Of a stretch of DNA of 64,000 nucleotides, positions 59,251 through 64,000 are shown one piece after another. Source of the DNA: the human T2T-CHM13v2.0 reference genome, Homo sapiens. A program made the position numbers and the translations under genes. Position 1 is the first letter of the stretch. Each line of letters begins with the position of its first letter. The notes beneath the pieces were generated by a model. It saw only the letters and a list, made by a program, of their open reading frames with translations, searched no databases and had not been told where the DNA came from. The stretch is taken from assembly GCF_009914755.1 (NCBI RefSeq), contig NC_060938.1; one strand, 5' to 3'.

Positions 59251-59621
59251 TCGTCTACTTTCTTTCTCTCTCTTCTCCTAGAATCCCCATTTCTCATATA
59301 TTGGTATACTCAATATTGTCCCACATACCTTCAAGGTTCTGTTCATTTTTCTACATTCGTTTTCCCCATTTAGTTCAGATTGGATAATTTCTATGATGTA
59401 TATTCAAGTTTGTTAATTCTGTCTCCTGGTCATTTCAATTCTGGTGTTGAGTCCCTCTAATAGTTTTTTCATTTCCATTATTGTACTTTTCATTTTCAGA
59501 AGTTCTATTAGGTTCTTTTTAATAATGTATATCTCTGTTGATATTCTCTATGTTTTGAGCATTGTTGTCATACTTTCTTTTGATTTTTTAAATGACAGTT
59601 ACCTTTAGTTTTTTTTTTTAA

Positions 59622-60011
<390 letters not shown>

Positions 60012-60898
60012 CTCCTCCTTTCTTATCATGCTTTCTTGTTTCTTTGCAGATCTCATAATTTATCGTTAAAAATGGAATATTTTAAGATTATATATTCTGG
60101 TAACTCTGGATTTTGATCCAAGGTGGTGGTTGTAGCTGTTTGATTGCTGTTTAACAACTTTCCTGACCAATATCTGTGGTATCTATTTTACTGCAGAAGG
60201 CAGCTGCATATGTCTCCATTCAGTTCTTAAAAATTCTTTGTTTTGTTTGATTTTAAGCCTGGCTCTCTAGGACTAACCCCTGTATCTGTACAGTCTGTCA
60301 GCCAGCCAATGATTGTCAATGTTGTGATCATCCACCTTGGGCAAGTAAGGCTTCTACCTTCTACTGATATATCAGTGTGTGCAGGTAACGTGTTCAAAGT
60401 TCAATCTGCTCTGCATTTTTCTTTCGTATCTCTCAGCACATGTACGCATGTTCACAGTCTGTCTGGAAAGTCTGGAGAGCTTGGGCCCTCTCAGGTCTCT
60501 CCTGCTTGGATGTGTCAAGAGTTTATCAAAGCTCCCTATTGTTGTCTCATTTCTATATCTCCCTGTGAAATTTCTGGCTACTCTGCTGGTCCGTGCTTGC
60601 CCCAGTCAGAACTTCAATCCCAGGCTAGCTGAACTGATCATTCCTGTTCATTTGCCACTGAGATTGCTACTGTTCCTGACAATGCCATTGGGTGTGGAGT
60701 TTTTCAGTGCTCTACTCCAATCAAGCCAGCCTCCTCTGGCATCAAAACTACTGACTTTCATGACTTGACTGGTCTTGGGAGAACAGATCAGGAGTGGGAG
60801 ATGGGAGCAGCCCCAGGCAAGAATGCTACTTACTTCCACTTTTCTTATCTGAATAACCAGTTCTCGATTTGGTGCGATTTATAGGTTCTGCAACGGAT

Positions 60899-60929
<31 letters not shown>

Positions 60930-61219
60930 AAGATGGAGCCTCACTCTATCACCCAGGCTGGAGTGTAGTGGTGTGATCTCAGCTCACTGCAACCTCTGCT
61001 GCCTGGGTTCAAGCGATTCTGCTGCCTCAGCCTCCTGAGTAGCTGGGGCTACAGGCATGTGCCACCATGCCCGGCTAATTTTTTTTTTTTTGTATTTTTA
61101 GTAGAGGCGGGGTTTCACCATGTTGGCCAGGCTGCTCTCGAACTGCTGACCTCAAGTGATCCACCCGCTTCGGCCTCCCAAAGTACTGGGATTACACACG
61201 TGAGCCACTGTACCCGGTC
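60899..61219 (-). mobile_element. AluS
   Basis: Full dimer. Confidence 0.92.
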
Positions 61220-61440
61220 TGCAATGGCTGTTTTTGACATTGCTGAGTTTATCATTGCTCTTCACTTTGCTATACTGAAAAGTCTTGCTAGCATTTACAT
61301 TTAAGGGCTCAGATTTAGAGGTACAGAAGACCTGGAGGACATCTGCAAGAACAAACCTTCTAGTAAGCAGATTTACTAAATTTGCAAATGCTGACTCCTT
61401 GAGAATGGTGAGAGAGGAGCCATTGAGAATCCCTGGATTG

Positions 61441-61620
61441 CCGTCCGTCCATCCATCCATCTATCCATCCCATCATTTATCAAACCTTTATCAAGGGTTC
61501 ACTGTCCAGGCACTGTGCTAGGAGCTCAGAGAACAAACACAAAATAAGCACTCTTGCTCTCAAGAAAAGCATACAGGAAGGAAGAAAATCATGGTGACAG
61601 TCAGTGCCCCAGCAGTAGCT
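61441..61620 (-). mobile_element. L2 3' end
   Basis: (ccat)n...ccaggcactgtgctagg. Confidence 0.65.
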
Positions 61621-62749
61621 CTGAGAGTCTACACAGGATCAGGGTAGGTTGGGTGGGTTGGGGTGGAAGTGCAGCAGAGTAGGGTATTCTGGCCTCGAAA
61701 TAGCTTCTCCAACAGCCCTCCCCAGCCCTGCATTCCTGCCTGACACACTTCAGTCCTTACCTAGAGACTACTGCAGCTATATCTCTCATGTCTAACATGG
61801 AGCCCACTTAGCTTTGGGGGGAATTGTCTTCCCTGCTTCATATCACAAAACTCTAGACAGCAGTTCTTTATCTTCAACTGAGAACTGTTTCATGCTCTGG
61901 CATAGCAAAGTGTCTGCAGACAGAGATAAGCTGTGTTTTCACATTTTTGTCTACAAAATTAATGATCTATAACTACAATAAAACCATCATCTCCTGTCAC
62001 CAGTGGGGATCACAGGACATTCTAAGCTTAAAAAAACACCAGCAACACAAAATCTCAATGGCAAAAAGTGCAGATGTTTTTATTTTTCCTTTTCCTTCAA
62101 TAGCGTTTTCATTTGTTAGAAACATGGAATCATAAAATGTTATTGTTGGAGCATTCCTAGGAGATTTTCTAGCCTAAGTCCTTTATTTACCAGGAAGGGG
62201 ATGGAGGACGTGTTCAAGGATGCTGGGTCAGCAGGGGTGCTCGGTCCAGGACCTGGCCTCTCCATCATCAGCCTTGTTTTCCCTTCTTCAAGTGCCCATC
62301 AGTAAGTTTCAGTTCTCTGGCTGAGCTGGGGGGCCCCAGCCCAGTTCTTGAAAAGCCAGCTGCTGGAAGTTCCCCACCCTGCTCATTTCCTGCTGCCTCA
62401 ACTGCACCTGCTGTCTCCAGACTCCGCTCCCTGCTCAGGACTCTGCTTCTGGCCACCTCCCTTATGCTTCTCTCAGACTCAGGGAACCTCTGAGGCAGGC
62501 TGACATTTCGCCTGTAGGCACCTGCATGGTGTACCAGTTGTCAAAACACTAAAATGTTTGCATTCCAATTGGTAAACAGCCACTGCCGGATCCCTAGAGG
62601 GCCCTCCCGCCTTCTCTTGACCACCAAGTAATCCAGCAGCTGAGGGGTTAAGAACCTGCAGGGGCCTCCAGGCCCCTGCTCTAGCCCTAAGGCAGATAAC
62701 TGTTTTAATACCCTCCTGATTGTTAAGTATTTTCAAGACAAACCCTGCT

Positions 62750-62925
62750 AAAGAGCATGGACTCTGAAAGAGCATGGACTCTGCAGCCAGCCTGTCCGGG
62801 TTGAAACCCTGGTTTCTCTCCAGCTCTGTGATGGGACAGGTTGTTTAAACTCTCTAAGCCTCAGTCTCCCCATCTGCAAATAGGGATACACACTTCATAG
62901 GTTTGCTTTGAGACTCACACTAATA
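62750..62925 (+). mobile_element. MIR SINE
   Basis: aagagcatggactctg...ctctaagcctcagtctccccatctgcaaatagggata. Confidence 0.8.
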
Positions 62926-63239
62926 AAAATGTTCTGGTTTCTATCTTGCCAGTTCTCACTGCTAGCACCTCATACTTTCTTTCCATGTCCCTGCATCAAC
63001 AGTGAGGATAACCTGGGGACTTGTCCTTGGGCTATACACAGCCACATACCAGAGGCTGGGAGAGGACAGAAGGCAGGCTCTGCCTGGGGATTTTTCTCCT
63101 GTATCATGCTGGTGAAGGCTACAACCTTCTGGGCCCTGCCCTCTGCCTGCCCCAGTGGACAACTGCTTCTTCCTGAGCAGAACCTCTGGCTCCACTTGAG
63201 CCAGCTCTCCCCTCCTGTCACCCATATTCCAATGATACC

Positions 63240-63416
63240 CAGGGCTGCTCTCAGCCCATTCAATGCCTTTGTGAGAGCTGAGAAAAGGTGGCCACTCTGG
63301 ACAAGCATATGACTTGGCAGGTGAACCACAGGCTCAATTTCAGGCTCCAATCACACTCCCTTGGCCAGGCACCCTTGTGCAGTGCACATTCTGTACAACT
63401 GTATTTGGCATTCCTG
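63240..63416 (+). mobile_element. MER91A-like hAT-Tip100 MITE
   Basis: cagggctgc...ggcacccttgtgcagtgcacattctgtacaactgta...cctg. Confidence 0.65.
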
Positions 63417-64000
63417 CTGGCAGCACTCAGGAGCATTTAAGAAAAGTGCTAAGAGATTTGCAAACACTGGAGTATGTAAAGAAACAGCTAACTGCAATCA
63501 TTAGTCTAAGCTTTGCTTCATAACCAAACAGCATGACTAATAAAGTGTCCCAAACTTGTCATTTATTTTCCTTTACTTTCACCTTCAGCCAACTCACACC
63601 ATCAAGTGTCCCAAACTCTTATTATTTATTAATAATCATTTGTTGAGGGCTTACTGTGTGCCAGGCTCTGAAGATACAGACATGACTACGACCTGAATTT
63701 TGAGAGAGAGGCAGCTGCATAGACCTGGTGCTCCAGCCCTGGGCTGTCAGAACACTGCACTGGGGTCAAGGGCAGAAGGCCCTTCTGGGGCTGGGGTCCA
63801 GGATGAGTGTGTGGCCTTGAGCAGGGAGCAACCAGCACTCTTCTCAGCTGGGCCTTTCTGGCAGGGCTGGCCTTTGCTCTGACTTCAGCTCCTCTAGTAG
63901 AGAAGCTCAGTTTTCATCACTTCCACCTGCACCCTCCCTGGAAGTCCCTCAACTAATGCATTTCTTTCTTTGGGAGGCCGAGGCTGAAGACTGACGTCTT

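Noticed and set aside
63543-63630. Direct repeat aagtgtcccaaact ~61 bp apart
   Set aside because: A short old local duplication with no supporting structure.

Overview
This is primate genomic DNA, most likely human, judging by the AluY/S/J, THE1, L1PB/L1MA, MIR and L2 content. It appears to be intergenic or intronic. I found no credible protein-coding exon, tRNA, rRNA or recognisable ncRNA: the ORF track is explained by repeats, low complexity and GC-rich chance ORFs. Bases 1-37 kb are GC-rich with scattered MIR, L2, MaLR and Alu elements. They include two largely repeat-free, CpG-retaining, motif-dense blocks (~15.9-18.6 kb and ~24.8-28.9 kb) that look like cis-regulatory DNA. Bases 37.4-42.5 kb are an ERVL provirus remnant (LTR16/ERV3-16A3-like). 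Bases 42.9-60.9 kb are a nested L1-in-L1 complex with Alu, MLT2 and MER21 insertions. The most unusual unexplained signal is a chain of exact repeats in unique DNA: an 18-mer at 16274 and 16794, and a 22-mer at 16816 and 18305, with the two words fused side by side at 16794-16837. Other highlights are an RFX X-box next to a full CRE, a TCF/octamer/homeodomain cluster, a snap-back repair scar in L1 and a chimeric Alu monomer. I cannot name the locus. Repeat subfamily names come from recalled consensus sequences and boundaries are approximate. I do not claim a new biological system.
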